Position numbers and translations under genes: made by a program. The notes under the pieces are model-generated. The model had not been told where the DNA came from, ran no database searches, and saw only the letters and a program-made list of their open reading frames with translations. From a phage, in sequence record PZ445534.1: a DNA stretch of 64,000 bases; one strand, written 5' to 3'. Below, piece after piece: positions 56,598 through 63,480 of this stretch. The first letter of the stretch is position 1; each line of letters opens with the position of its first letter.

Positions 56598-56969
56598 ATG
56601 AAAAACAGAACAAACAAAGGCCAGTTTAAAAAAGGCCAGTCTGGAAACCCATCTGGAAGACCAAAAGGCTCTCGTAACAAAAGTTCACTCGTAAAAGCTC
56701 AACTGACCATTGATAATTCTGCTGAGTTCGCTGCAAAGCTGTTTGAGGCGATTGTTACAAGGGACGCGGCTAAGCTTGCAGAGTTCGGGTTAAACACAGA
56801 TGACGTAACCATCAAGAGTATGATTGAGGTCGGTAAAACTATCTTTACTCACTCAGCAGGTGAGATGAAAGCACTTGCAGCAGACACTAAGAAGACTCCT
56901 GATAATGGTGGTCAACAACAGACAGATAACAAACCAACGTTCTCTGCTGTAGCGACTCTCAAAAAATAA
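56598..56969 (+). CDS. hypothetical protein with N-terminal GNPSGRPKG motif
   Basis: KKGQSGNPSGRPKGSRN motif at N-terminus; function unknown. Confidence 0.4.
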   Translation: MKNRTNKGQFKKGQSGNPSGRPKGSRNKSSLVKAQLTIDNSAEFAAKLFEAIVTRDAAKLAEFGLNTDDVTIKSMIEVGKTIFTHSAGEMKALAADTKKTPDNGGQQQTDNKPTFSAVATLKK

Positions 56970-56981
56970 TCTTAAAAGATG

Positions 56982-57011
56982 TTGACAGACTCTACAAAGT
57001 TGCTCTAAAGT
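56982..57011 (+). promoter_or_regulatory. sigma70-like promoter (TTGACA ... TAAAGT) embedded in inverted repeat GACAGACT/AGTCTGTC
   Basis: -35 56982-56987; -10 near 57006-57011. Confidence 0.4.
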
Positions 57012-57050
57012 CTGTCACATCAAACAACAAATGAGAGAAGAGAGTAAAAT

Positions 57051-58466
57051 ATGAGCGAGTTATTTAAACATGCGCACCTTCATGCAGGTCGAACTGAAAA
57101 TGGTGCTGTAAACCATACTTCATCAATGTCTGCTCTGGTAGACTTCTACAAAGCCGCTGGCTCAAGCCGTAGCAATGTAGAAGTCTTACCAGACCTGTTC
57201 TACAAAGCTTTGCGTGAGGATGTTGATGTTGCAGTTCGTATTTTACTGCATATGCGAGATGTACGAGAGGGTATGGGTGAGCGTAAAGCCTTCCGAACTG
57301 TTTTACTTCAAGCAATTGAAGATAAGGTTTTAGAACCTACACAGGTTCTTCGCATTATGGATAAGATTGCAGAACTTGGTCGTTTTGATGACTTCAAAAT
57401 CTTCGTAGGTACTCGTTTTGAGACAGATGCCTTCAAACATTTAGAAGCAGCATTACTAGACCCTGCAACAGCAGGTTTGGCAGCTAAGTGGTTACCACGA
57501 GTCAAACCACGTCATAAGCAGTTTGTAAAACGTTTCTGCAAGTTTGCCAACTTGAGTGAGAAAGAGTACCGCACACTGTTGTCTGCACTATCTGATACAG
57601 TTGAGCAAAAAATCTCTGCTAATGAGTTTGGTAAGATTGACTACAGTAAGATTCCTTCACTTGCTGCTGCACGTTACCAAAAACTGTTTAACCGTAAAGA
57701 TGGAGAGCGTTACAAAGCTTACATCGAGTCCTTATCAAAAGGTGAGACTAAGATTAACGCTGGTGCTGTTTACCCATACGATGTGATTAAATCTGTCAAG
57801 TATGGTAATGCAGATGTTGCTAATGAGCAGTGGAAAGCACTACCAAACTGGATGGCAGAAGGTGAAAACATCTTGTGTATGTCTGATGTATCAAGTTCAA
57901 TGTCTTGGGTGAATTTTGGCTCCATTACTGCTCTGGATATTGGTGTATCACTTGCCTTGTATGTAGCAGAACGCAATACAGGTTGCTTTAAGAATGAGTT
58001 AATGGTTTATTCAACAAACCCTCACTTCATCGAACTGAGTGGTGATTTACGAAACCGTCATCGTCAGGTGATGCGACACGTTGAATATGGCTCAACTAAC
58101 TTACAAGCAGCTTTTGACCGCATTCTTGAAACAGGTAAAAGAAACAACTTGACTCAGAAAGATATGCCAAGTAAGCTTATCATCTTCTCCGATATGGAGT
58201 TCAATCAGGTTGATGGAGCTAACGGTCGTACAAACTTTGAAGCAATTCAGAGTAAGTACAAAAAAGCTGGATATGAGATGCCACAACTGGTATTCTGGTA
58301 CTTAGCAAACCGTAATGGTACTTGCGAAGTATCTGTTAAGGATAACGGTGTAGCAATGTTATCAGGGTTCTCTCCAGCCACTTTAAAAGCTCTGCTTGGT
58401 GGTGAGAAGTTTGACCCAATCAGTGTAATGCTCAAAGCAGTAATGATTGACCGTTATATCTGGTAA
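57051..58466 (+). CDS. von Willebrand factor A domain protein (DUF2828/TROVE-like?)
   Basis: MIDAS-like CMSDVSSSMSW (DxSxS); N-terminal TENGAVNHTSS segment. Confidence 0.45.
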   Translation: MSELFKHAHLHAGRTENGAVNHTSSMSALVDFYKAAGSSRSNVEVLPDLFYKALREDVDVAVRILLHMRDVREGMGERKAFRTVLLQAIEDKVLEPTQVLRIMDKIAELGRFDDFKIFVGTRFETDAFKHLEAALLDPATAGLAAKWLPRVKPRHKQFVKRFCKFANLSEKEYRTLLSALSDTVEQKISANEFGKIDYSKIPSLAAARYQKLFNRKDGERYKAYIESLSKGETKINAGAVYPYDVIKSVKYGNADVANEQWKALPNWMAEGENILCMSDVSSSMSWVNFGSITALDIGVSLALYVAERNTGCFKNELMVYSTNPHFIELSGDLRNRHRQVMRHVEYGSTNLQAAFDRILETGKRNNLTQKDMPSKLIIFSDMEFNQVDGANGRTNFEAIQSKYKKAGYEMPQLVFWYLANRNGTCEVSVKDNGVAMLSGFSPATLKALLGGEKFDPISVMLKAVMIDRYIW

Positions 58467-58484
58467 AAAGTTTTAAAAAGGGTA

Positions 58485-58513
58485 TTGACAATGTGTTTAA
58501 TACCCTTTAATAT
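58485..58513 (+). promoter_or_regulatory. sigma70-like promoter (TTGACA-17-TAATAT) embedded in palindrome AAGGGTATT/AATACCCTT
   Basis: -35 58485-58490, -10 58508-58513. Confidence 0.5.
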
Positions 58514-58575
58514 GTTCTACATAGTAGCGAAATGAGAGCTTTTCTAAGATACTGAAAAATATTTTAAAAAAGTTC

Positions 58576-58605
58576 TTGACAATCACTAAAAAATAATGTT
58601 AAAGT
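58576..58605 (+). promoter_or_regulatory. sigma70-like promoter upstream of tRNA array (TTGACA-18-TAAAGT)
   Basis: -35 58576-58581, -10 58600-58605. Confidence 0.45.
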
Positions 58606-58622
58606 GGTTACATAGAGTTTGA

Positions 58623-58699
58623 AAAGTTTATCTCTGTTTAGCTCAGCTTGGTAGAGCGTTCCGTTTGGGGCGGTAAGGCCGGAGGTTCAAGTCCTCCAA
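58623..58699 (+). tRNA. tRNA-Pro (anticodon TGG)
   Basis: Acceptor CTCTGTT/AACAGAG, D-arm AGCTCAGCTTGGTAGAGC, T-arm GGAGGTTCAAGTCCTCC, encoded CCA; one anticodon-stem mismatch. Confidence 0.7.
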
Positions 58700-58706
58700 C
58701 AGAGAC

Positions 58707-58784
58707 CAAATTAATGTTCCAGTAGACAAAATGGTATAGTCACCACTCTTTCAAAGTGGATATCTGAGGGTTCAAATCCCTTCT
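58707..58784 (+). tRNA. tRNA-Glu (anticodon TTC)
   Basis: Acceptor GTTCCAG/CTGGAAC, anticodon arm CCACT-CTTTCAA-AGTGG, T-loop TTCAAAT, CCA. Confidence 0.7.
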
Positions 58785-58786
58785 GG

Positions 58787-58866
58787 AACGCCAGTTTTGA
58801 CAGAAGACCAATTACAGCAAACTTAATCTACTCATCTGAAAGTTAATCGGACAAAGAAGATATTTG
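58787..58866 (+). repeat. inter-tRNA repeat element copy 1 (ACAGAAGACC-N4-TACAGCAA ... GGTCTGG)
   Basis: Conserved 5' and 3' motifs shared with copies at 58953, 59347, 59437. Confidence 0.6.
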
Positions 58867-58875
58867 GTCTGGTCA

Positions 58876-58951
58876 TTAAGAATTGCGGGTATAGAGAAAG
58901 GGCGTCTCACATGTCTCATTAGCATGGTATCGGCAGGTTCGACTCCTGCAC
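58876..58951 (+). tRNA. tRNA with CAT anticodon (Met/fMet/Ile2), irregular acceptor pairing
   Basis: D-arm GAGA-AAGGGCG-TCTC, anticodon arm CATGT-CTCATTA-GCATG, T-arm GCAGGTTCGACTCCTGC; acceptor 6 of 7 pairs. Confidence 0.5.
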
Positions 58952-58952
58952 C

Positions 58953-59025
58953 CGCCTCCAAATTTACAGAAGACCGTTTACAGCAATATTTATTAAATTT
59001 TTAGCGGAAAAATTGAAAGATACGG
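58953..59025 (+). repeat. inter-tRNA repeat element copy 2
   Basis: ACAGAAGACCGTTTACAGCAA ... ACGGTCTGGT. Confidence 0.6.
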
Positions 59026-59034
59026 TCTGGTAAT

Positions 59035-59108
59035 ACTAAATATGGTTAGGAAGCACATAAGGTATGTGCGGTCGCCTGTTAAGCGAATGGCACAGGGTTC
59101 GAATCCCT
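59035..59108 (+). tRNA. tRNA-Asn (anticodon GTT)
   Basis: Acceptor GGTTAGG/ACTAACC, D-arm GCAC-ATAAGGTAT-GTGC, anticodon loop CTGTTAA, T-arm CAGGGTTCGAATCCCTG; no encoded CCA. Confidence 0.6.
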
Positions 59109-59119
59109 GACTAACCGCA

Positions 59120-59207
59120 AAATTAAATGTGTCGTTATCCCGTAGATGGTAGCGGTGGGGACTGTAAATCCCTTGTCATTGAGACTCGGTAGGTTCGACT
59201 CCTACAC
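59120..59207 (+). tRNA. tRNA-Tyr (anticodon GTA), long variable arm
   Basis: Acceptor GTGTCGT/ACGGCAC, anticodon arm GGGGA-CTGTAAA-TCCCT, T-arm GTAGGTTCGACTCCTAC, CCA. Confidence 0.65.
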
Positions 59208-59212
59208 GGCAC

Positions 59213-59289
59213 ACCAATAAAGGCTATGTAGTTTAACTGGAGAAAATACTCCCCTGTCACGGGAGATGATGTGAGTTCAAGTCTCATCG
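59213..59289 (+). tRNA. tRNA-Asp (anticodon GTC)
   Basis: Acceptor GGCTATG/CGTAGCC, anticodon arm CTCCC-CTGTCAC-GGGAG, T-loop TTCAAGT, CCA. Confidence 0.7.
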
Positions 59290-59346
59290 TAGCCGCCAAT
59301 TTTGAGAGGGCTATTTAGCCCCTCCCTTAAAGAGTTCTTACGAGTA

Positions 59347-59428
59347 TTCTTTAAAGGAGCAGAAGACCAAATACAGCAAGAATGTATGATATTTTCAAGC
59401 CAATTCAATTTTGAAAAATTTAAAACTT
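59347..59428 (+). repeat. inter-tRNA repeat element copy 3
   Basis: CAGAAGACCAAATACAGCAA ... CTTGGTCTGGC. Confidence 0.55.
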
Positions 59429-59436
59429 GGTCTGGC

Positions 59437-59572
59437 TCAACAAATTTACAGAAGACCGTTTACAGCAAAACTTAAACAATCTATTTCTCGGTAAAGAAAA
59501 GGCGAAGGTTCGATTCCTTCACTCGGCAGAGGTCGAGTTGGTGTAATGGTAGCACTTAAGATGATAAACAAC
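59437..59572 (+). repeat. inter-tRNA repeat element copy 4 enclosing tRNA halves in permuted order
   Basis: ACAGAAGACCGTTTACAGCAA ... [anticodon-arm-like + T-arm GAAGGTTCGATTCCTTC + 3' acceptor ACTCGGC] GAG [5' acceptor GTCGAGT + D-arm GTGTAATGGTAGCAC] ... ACGGTCTGGT. Confidence 0.5.
59474..59547 (+). other. tRNA-like segments in 3'-half then 5'-half order (permuted tRNA or recombinant tRNA fragments)
   Basis: 3' acceptor ACTCGGC (59512-59518) is complementary, with one G.U, to GTCGAGT (59523-59529) located 4 nt downstream. Confidence 0.4.
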
Positions 59573-59721
59573 GGTCTGGTAATTATCTTTGCAGTAGCTT
59601 ATGTGGCTAATTATGTCGTCCCATGAGTGCCGATGAATTTCCTTAGCATGATTCTAGATTAGCTTAATAGGAAATGACTCTACAGACCCTTTAGCAAGGT
59701 CTGCGTAGGTTACTGCAAAGA

Positions 59722-59797
59722 TGATTTAATGGAAGTGTAGCAGAATGGTGATGCGGCAGACTTTTAATCTGACAGGCGATGGGTTCGAATCCCTCCA
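59722..59797 (+). tRNA. tRNA-Lys (anticodon TTT)
   Basis: Acceptor GGAAGTG/CACTTCT, anticodon loop CTTTTAA, T-loop TTCGAAT with weak T-stem, CCA; homologous to tRNA at 60957. Confidence 0.55.
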
Positions 59798-59802
59798 CTT
59801 CT

Positions 59803-59879
59803 ACCAAAAATGGTTCAGTCGCAGATAAGGTAATGCAAGGGTTTCATAAGCCCTATGAATGTGGGTTCGATTCCCATCT
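59803..59879 (+). tRNA. tRNA with CAT anticodon (Met/fMet/Ile2)
   Basis: Acceptor GGTTCAG/CTGAACC, anticodon arm AGGGT-TTCATAA-GCCCT, T-loop TTCGATT, CCA. Confidence 0.65.
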
Positions 59880-59881
59880 GA

Positions 59882-59957
59882 ACCTCCAATGCTGTGAAAG
59901 CACATATGGATGTGCATTCGGCTGATAACCGAAAGGCAGAAGGTTCGAATCCTTCTC
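59882..59957 (+). tRNA. tRNA-Ile (anticodon GAT)
   Basis: Acceptor GCTGTGA/TCACAGT, D-arm GCAC-ATATGGAT-GTGC, anticodon arm TTCGG-CTGATAA-CCGAA, T-arm GAAGGTTCGAATCCTTC, CCA. Confidence 0.7.
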
Positions 59958-59972
59958 ACAGTACCAATTTCA

Positions 59973-60001
59973 ATAAAGTTGTTGACATTAAGATGTGACT
60001 A
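59973..60001 (+). promoter_or_regulatory. sigma70-like promoter inside tRNA array (TTGACA-17-TATAGT)
   Basis: -35 59973-59978, -10 59996-60001. Confidence 0.55.
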
Positions 60002-60205
60002 CTTTATAGTAACCTTAGTTTTCGTTGCGTAGCGTCTATTTTGCAAATTTAAAATAAATGCAAACGACAATGTTTTTCTGGCAGTAGCTTGATAGGCTAA
60101 ACACCAGTGAGGTCTTCCAATCCCTCATCAAAGAATTTGGCGTACTCGCCCACGGTATGATTAATAAGGTGGGCATCTTTAAGGGCTTTCTAATAGAGTC
60201 TTTAA

Positions 60206-60287
60206 AGATAATTACGGGGCGTATCTCAGCGGTCTTCTAAACCGCCGTTAACCGAGTAAGTGGAGTATGCGGGTTCGAGTCCTGCCG
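60206..60287 (+). tRNA. atypical tRNA-like gene, possible anticodon TCT (Arg)
   Basis: Acceptor CGGGGCG/CGCCTCG, T-arm GCGGGTTCGAGTCCTGC, CCA; hairpin GCGGT-CTTCTAA-ACCGC; D-arm region not canonical. Confidence 0.4.
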
Positions 60288-60430
60288 CCTCGACCAATTT
60301 AGTTAGCAGATTACTTAGACGACCTAAGCGGGTCTTCCTGTAGGGAGGTGGTCTGTATCTCATGTTTTCCAGAACATGTAAATAATCTGAGAAGGGGCTT
60401 TACAGTGTTGAGATAATACGGTAAGCTTCG

Positions 60431-60513
60431 AATTATAGTATGGGACGATGTTAAGACTCTAAGGCATGAGCAACGGCCTCCAAAACCGTTTCAAAGGGGT
60501 TCAACTCCTCCGT
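60431..60513 (+). tRNA. atypical tRNA-like gene, possible anticodon CCA (Trp)
   Basis: Perfect acceptor ATGGGAC/GTCCCAT, T-loop TTCAACT, CCA; enlarged D region. Confidence 0.4.
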
Positions 60514-60526
60514 CCCATGCCAAAGT

Positions 60527-60614
60527 CTTATTAGGGGTAGGTAGCGGCTAATGGCAGCCAAACAGTCTTGAAAACTGTTGCCACTGTAGAGATACGGTGA
60601 GGGTTCGACTCCTT
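60527..60614 (+). tRNA. tRNA-Ser (anticodon TGA), long variable arm
   Basis: Acceptor GGTAGGT/ACTTACC, anticodon arm ACAGT-CTTGAAA-ACTGT, 20-nt variable arm, T-loop TTCGACT. Confidence 0.6.
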
Positions 60615-60770
60615 TACTTACCGCCTAATAAGATTTTAAAGCCAAGCTTCATTCGGATGTCGCTTTGGTATCCCTCGTGTATTGTCGTACACACTGATAA
60701 AACACCTAGTAGGTGTCACGGAGAAGAGATAATATCAAGCTCTCCAAAGGTTCTAGTCACCGGATTAAAC

Positions 60771-60797
60771 AAGACTATGCAAAGACCTTTTTAGGTC
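60771..60797 (+). terminator. rho-independent terminator inside tRNA array
   Basis: AGACC-TTTTT-AGGTCT plus TTTTT. Confidence 0.5.
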
Positions 60798-60872
60798 TTT
60801 TTAGAGGGCTTCTAAGGTTATTACAGCTTGTTGTGGAACCTTGTTGCTTAGGTTCTTAGAAGTTCTCTAAAA

Positions 60873-60949
60873 AGATTTAATGCACCTATAGCCCAACTGG
60901 TAGAGGCAGCAGACTTAGAATCTGCTCAGTGTGAGTTCGAATCTCTCTA
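60873..60949 (+). tRNA. tRNA with anticodon TAG (Leu by anticodon) but short variable arm
   Basis: Acceptor GCACCTA/TAGGTGT, anticodon arm GCAGA-CTTAGAA-TCTGC, T-loop TTCGAAT, CCA. Confidence 0.55.
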
Positions 60950-60956
60950 GGTGTAC

Positions 60957-61032
60957 CAAATTAATGCAGGTGTAGCAAAATGGTTATGCGGCTGACCCTT
61001 AATCAGTAAGACGATGGGTTCAATTCCCTCCA
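60957..61032 (+). tRNA. tRNA-Lys (anticodon CTT)
   Basis: Acceptor GCAGGTG/CACCTGT, anticodon arm GCTGA-CCCTTAA-TCAGT, T-loop TTCAATT, CCA. Confidence 0.55.
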
Positions 61033-61038
61033 CCTGTA

Positions 61039-61114
61039 CCAAACAATGGGGTCATAGTTTATATGGTTAAAATTCGAGTTTTGCAAACTTGGGAACTGAG
61101 TTCAATTCTCAGTG
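61039..61114 (+). tRNA. tRNA-Ala (anticodon TGC)
   Basis: Acceptor GGGGTCA/TGACTCC, anticodon arm CGAGT-TTTGCAA-ACTTG, T-arm CTGAGTTCAATTCTCAG, CCA. Confidence 0.7.
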
Positions 61115-61120
61115 ACTCCA

Positions 61121-61195
61121 CCAATTAGTGCATCCATAGTTTAAACGGGAAAATTACAGTCTTCCAAACTGAGGTTGAGGGTTCGATTCCCTCTG
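61121..61195 (+). tRNA. tRNA-Gly (anticodon TCC)
   Basis: Acceptor GCATCCA/TGGATGC, anticodon loop CTTCCAA, T-arm GAGGGTTCGATTCCCTC, CCA. Confidence 0.7.
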
Positions 61196-61202
61196 GATGC
61201 TC

Positions 61203-61278
61203 CAAATTAATGCTCCTATCGTATAATTGGTTATTACGGTTGCCTTGTAAGCAACTTATCAGGGTTCGAGTCCTTGTG
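61203..61278 (+). tRNA. tRNA-Thr (anticodon TGT)
   Basis: Acceptor GCTCCTA/TGGGAGC, anticodon arm GTTGC-CTTGTAA-GCAAC, T-loop TTCGAGT, CCA. Confidence 0.7.
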
Positions 61279-61384
61279 GGAGCACCAATTCAGAGGTCAA
61301 GTGAAAGACCGCTTTGAGTCAACTGAAGACCGTAACAAATTCCACGAAGTTGAGTTAGCGGCACAACTTCAGACCTCTTTCATA

Positions 61385-61459
61385 CTCGCTTAGTTTATAT
61401 GGTAAAACATCACCCTTACAAGATGAAGAAAAAGGTTCAAGTCCTTTAGTGAGTACCAT
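61385..61459 (+). tRNA. tRNA-Val (anticodon TAC)
   Basis: Acceptor ACTCGCT/AGTGAGT, anticodon loop CTTACAA, T-arm AAAGGTTCAAGTCCTTT, CCA. Confidence 0.6.
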
Positions 61460-61460
61460 G

Positions 61461-61538
61461 TTCCAGTATCCCAATTGGCAGAGGATGCAAGCTCAAACCT
61501 TGTATTAGTGACGGTTCGAATCCGTCTTGGAACACCAA
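61461..61538 (+). tRNA. tRNA with anticodon CAA (Leu by anticodon) but short variable arm
   Basis: Acceptor GTTCCAG/TTGGAAC, anticodon arm GCAAG-CTCAAAC-CTTGT, T-arm GACGGTTCGAATCCGTC, CCA. Confidence 0.55.
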
Positions 61539-61543
61539 TTTTG

Positions 61544-61619
61544 CAGGATTAGTTCAAATGGATAGAGCAACAGTCTACGAAGCTGCTAATAGGGGTTCGA
61601 ATCCCTTATCCTGCGCCAA
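61544..61619 (+). tRNA. tRNA-Arg (anticodon ACG)
   Basis: Acceptor GCAGGAT/ATCCTGC, D-arm GTTC-AAATGGATA-GAGC, anticodon loop CTACGAA, T-loop TTCGAAT, CCA. Confidence 0.6.
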
Positions 61620-61637
61620 TTTAAAGAGGCTATTTAG

Positions 61638-62195
61638 ATGAGATATTTGAAGTATGCTTCATGGATTTTCTTAGCTTTGTTAGAGCCATTTGCAGCAATC
61701 TTAGCAGTTATCTTAGCACCTTTTGTAGTTCCATTCTACAGTGAGAAGAAAGGGCACTTACCTTTCGGGTTCAGATGGATGGAGACATATGACAACCCAA
61801 TTGATGGTGATGAAGGTCACGTTAAAAGATGGGCTAATATTAGATGGATTGGTAAACTAGGTGTCTACATGCAAAGAGTCGGATGGCTCTGGAGAAACAA
61901 AGCTTATAACTTCTCTTACCATGTATTAGGAAGAGATGTAAGAGATGTTACTAAGTGGAAAGGTAATATCAACGTAAGTTCTGACCCCGAAGATAATCAG
62001 ACAGGTTATCTCCTAATGTGGAACAGTAATGCTTGGGGATTATTCGCTTTTATCCCATCAATTAAAATCTTTGGTAAACAATTTTACTGGAGAATTTATA
62101 TTGGATGGAAACTAAAAAGTGTTGTCCCAGAAGAAAGAGCATTCTCAAGGGAAAGAGTTATGTTGGCATTCTTTATTCATCCACTGAGAAAGTAA
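61638..62195 (+). CDS. hypothetical membrane-anchored protein encoded within tRNA array
   Basis: 185-aa ORF with N-terminal hydrophobic segment WIFLALLEPFAAILAVILAPFVV. Confidence 0.45.
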   Translation: MRYLKYASWIFLALLEPFAAILAVILAPFVVPFYSEKKGHLPFGFRWMETYDNPIDGDEGHVKRWANIRWIGKLGVYMQRVGWLWRNKAYNFSYHVLGRDVRDVTKWKGNINVSSDPEDNQTGYLLMWNSNAWGLFAFIPSIKIFGKQFYWRIYIGWKLKSVVPEERAFSRERVMLAFFIHPLRK

Positions 62196-62203
62196 AGATT
62201 TAA

Positions 62204-62279
62204 AGGGGATTAGTTTACAAGGTTAAAACCTCGGTCTTTGAAATCGAAGAAGTTGGTTCAATTCCAACATCCCCCGCCA
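62204..62279 (+). tRNA. tRNA-Gln (anticodon TTG)
   Basis: Acceptor AGGGGAT/ATCCCCC (1-72 mismatch), D-arm GTTT...AAAC, anticodon arm TCGGT-CTTTGAA-ATCGA, T-arm GTTGGTTCAATTCCAAC, CCA. Confidence 0.6.
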
Positions 62280-62281
62280 AT

Positions 62282-62360
62282 GCTCCATTACTCCAATTGG
62301 CAGAGAGGCCAGACTTAAAATCTGTGTTATGTATCGGTTCGAATCCGATATGGAGTACCA
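62282..62360 (+). tRNA. tRNA with anticodon TAA (Leu by anticodon), 7-nt variable loop
   Basis: Acceptor GCTCCAT/ATGGAGT, anticodon loop CTTAAAA, T-arm ATCGGTTCGAATCCGAT, CCA. Confidence 0.5.
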
Positions 62361-62365
62361 AATTT

Positions 62366-62441
62366 AGCGGTATAGCATAACTGGCAATGCAGCAGCCTCT
62401 GAAGCTGTCCTATTAAGGTTCAAATCCTTATGCCGCTGCCA
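62366..62441 (+). tRNA. tRNA-Gln (anticodon CTG)
   Basis: Acceptor AGCGGTA/TGCCGCT, D-arm GCAT-AACTGGCA-ATGC, anticodon arm GCAGC-CTCTGAA-GCTGT, T-arm TAAGGTTCAAATCCTTA, CCA. Confidence 0.7.
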
Positions 62442-62472
62442 CTTCTAAGGATTCTTGCGAGAGTCCTTAAAT

Positions 62473-62548
62473 GTGGCCTTATCATAAACGGTAATGACCC
62501 ATGCTGTGAACATGGTCTATACGGGTTCAAATCCCGTAGGTCACCCCA
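62473..62548 (+). tRNA. tRNA-His (anticodon GTG)
   Basis: Acceptor GTGGCCT/AGGTCAC, anticodon arm CCATG-CTGTGAA-CATGG, T-arm ACGGGTTCAAATCCCGT, CCA. Confidence 0.7.
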
Positions 62549-62554
62549 ATTTAT

Positions 62555-62630
62555 AGTCCAAGTAGCTTATATGGTTAAAGCGCGTGTCTGAAAAACATGA
62601 GAAGAGAGTTCAAATCCCACTGGACTACCA
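62555..62630 (+). tRNA. tRNA-Phe (anticodon GAA), boundaries approximate
   Basis: Anticodon arm CGTGT-CTGAAAA-ACATG, D-arm GCTT...AAGC, T-loop TTCAAAT; acceptor pairing ambiguous between two registers. Confidence 0.5.
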
Positions 62631-62646
62631 ATTTCAAAGGTGCTTA

Positions 62647-63381
62647 ATGAAAGAGATGACAGAACAAGGTAAGGAGATTTTTAATCTCTTAAAAACTGGT
62701 AAAGGGTTCTCTAACCCGCTTATTACTGGTGCAGCAGTTCTCGGTGGAACCGTAGCTGCCTCTACATCACTTGTAAGCTCTATTAGTTCTGTAACAGACC
62801 CTACAATGAAGGAGAAGCTTGTTGCTGCTGGACTTACAACAGTCCTTCTAAACAGCTTTACAACAAGCCTGACAAGCACTACAGCAACCACTAAGACCCT
62901 AACAGACTATGGTCAAAAGTCTATTGATGAGTTTTCATCACGTATGCAGGTAGCAAAGGGATACTCCAATGTTATGGGTGCAGCAGGAGAACAAGTTGGT
63001 TGTACACCATTCAGTGGTATTATGGGTGTTGCTACAGAATATGGTCAAAAAGCTATTGATACGATTAACAGTACACTAGAGAGTGTTAATGGTGTGTTAA
63101 GTGACTTACAAGATGCTATTGATAAGGGTCTTGATACTGTTTCTGATTTAGCTAATCAGGCTGTTAGTAAGATTAATGAAGGTATTTCAAAGATTACAGC
63201 TTATGCAGATGAAGTTGTGCAGATGATTGAAGAAGAAGCTGCCCTTATTGCAGAGTACCTTAAAACGAATATCAATGGGTTCTTAGCAGGTATCTTACCA
63301 GACTGGTTTGATGATGCTTGTAAAACTGGTGTAATCGACACTATTGCAACACCAGAAATGAAGAACGCATTGCAGAAATAA
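62647..63381 (+). CDS. hypothetical Ser/Thr-rich protein
   Basis: ATG at 62647 with AAGGTG RBS (ORF track start 62584 would overlap tRNA-Phe). Confidence 0.45.
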   Translation: MKEMTEQGKEIFNLLKTGKGFSNPLITGAAVLGGTVAASTSLVSSISSVTDPTMKEKLVAAGLTTVLLNSFTTSLTSTTATTKTLTDYGQKSIDEFSSRMQVAKGYSNVMGAAGEQVGCTPFSGIMGVATEYGQKAIDTINSTLESVNGVLSDLQDAIDKGLDTVSDLANQAVSKINEGISKITAYADEVVQMIEEEAALIAEYLKTNINGFLAGILPDWFDDACKTGVIDTIATPEMKNALQK

Positions 63382-63382
63382 T

Positions 63383-63475
63383 GGAAGATTAACCCTAAAA
63401 GGTAAGGGAGCAGTTTGCTAAACTGCCAGTAGCTGAGAAATCGGTGTACCAGTTCAAGTCTGGTATCTTCCTCCA
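63383..63475 (+). tRNA. tRNA-Ser (anticodon GCT), long variable arm
   Basis: Acceptor GGAAGAT/ATCTTCC, anticodon arm GCAGT-TTGCTAA-ACTGC, T-arm ACCAGTTCAAGTCTGGT, CCA. Confidence 0.6.
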
Positions 63476-63480
63476 ATTTT

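Noticed and set aside
60597-60794. ORF 60597-60794 (+) and ORFs 63201-63476 (-), 63395-63577 (-) overlapping tRNA genes
   Set aside because: They overlap well-formed tRNA cloverleafs (Ser-TGA, Ser-GCT, Cys-GCA) or the 3' end of a longer gene and have no translation signals; most likely chance frames.
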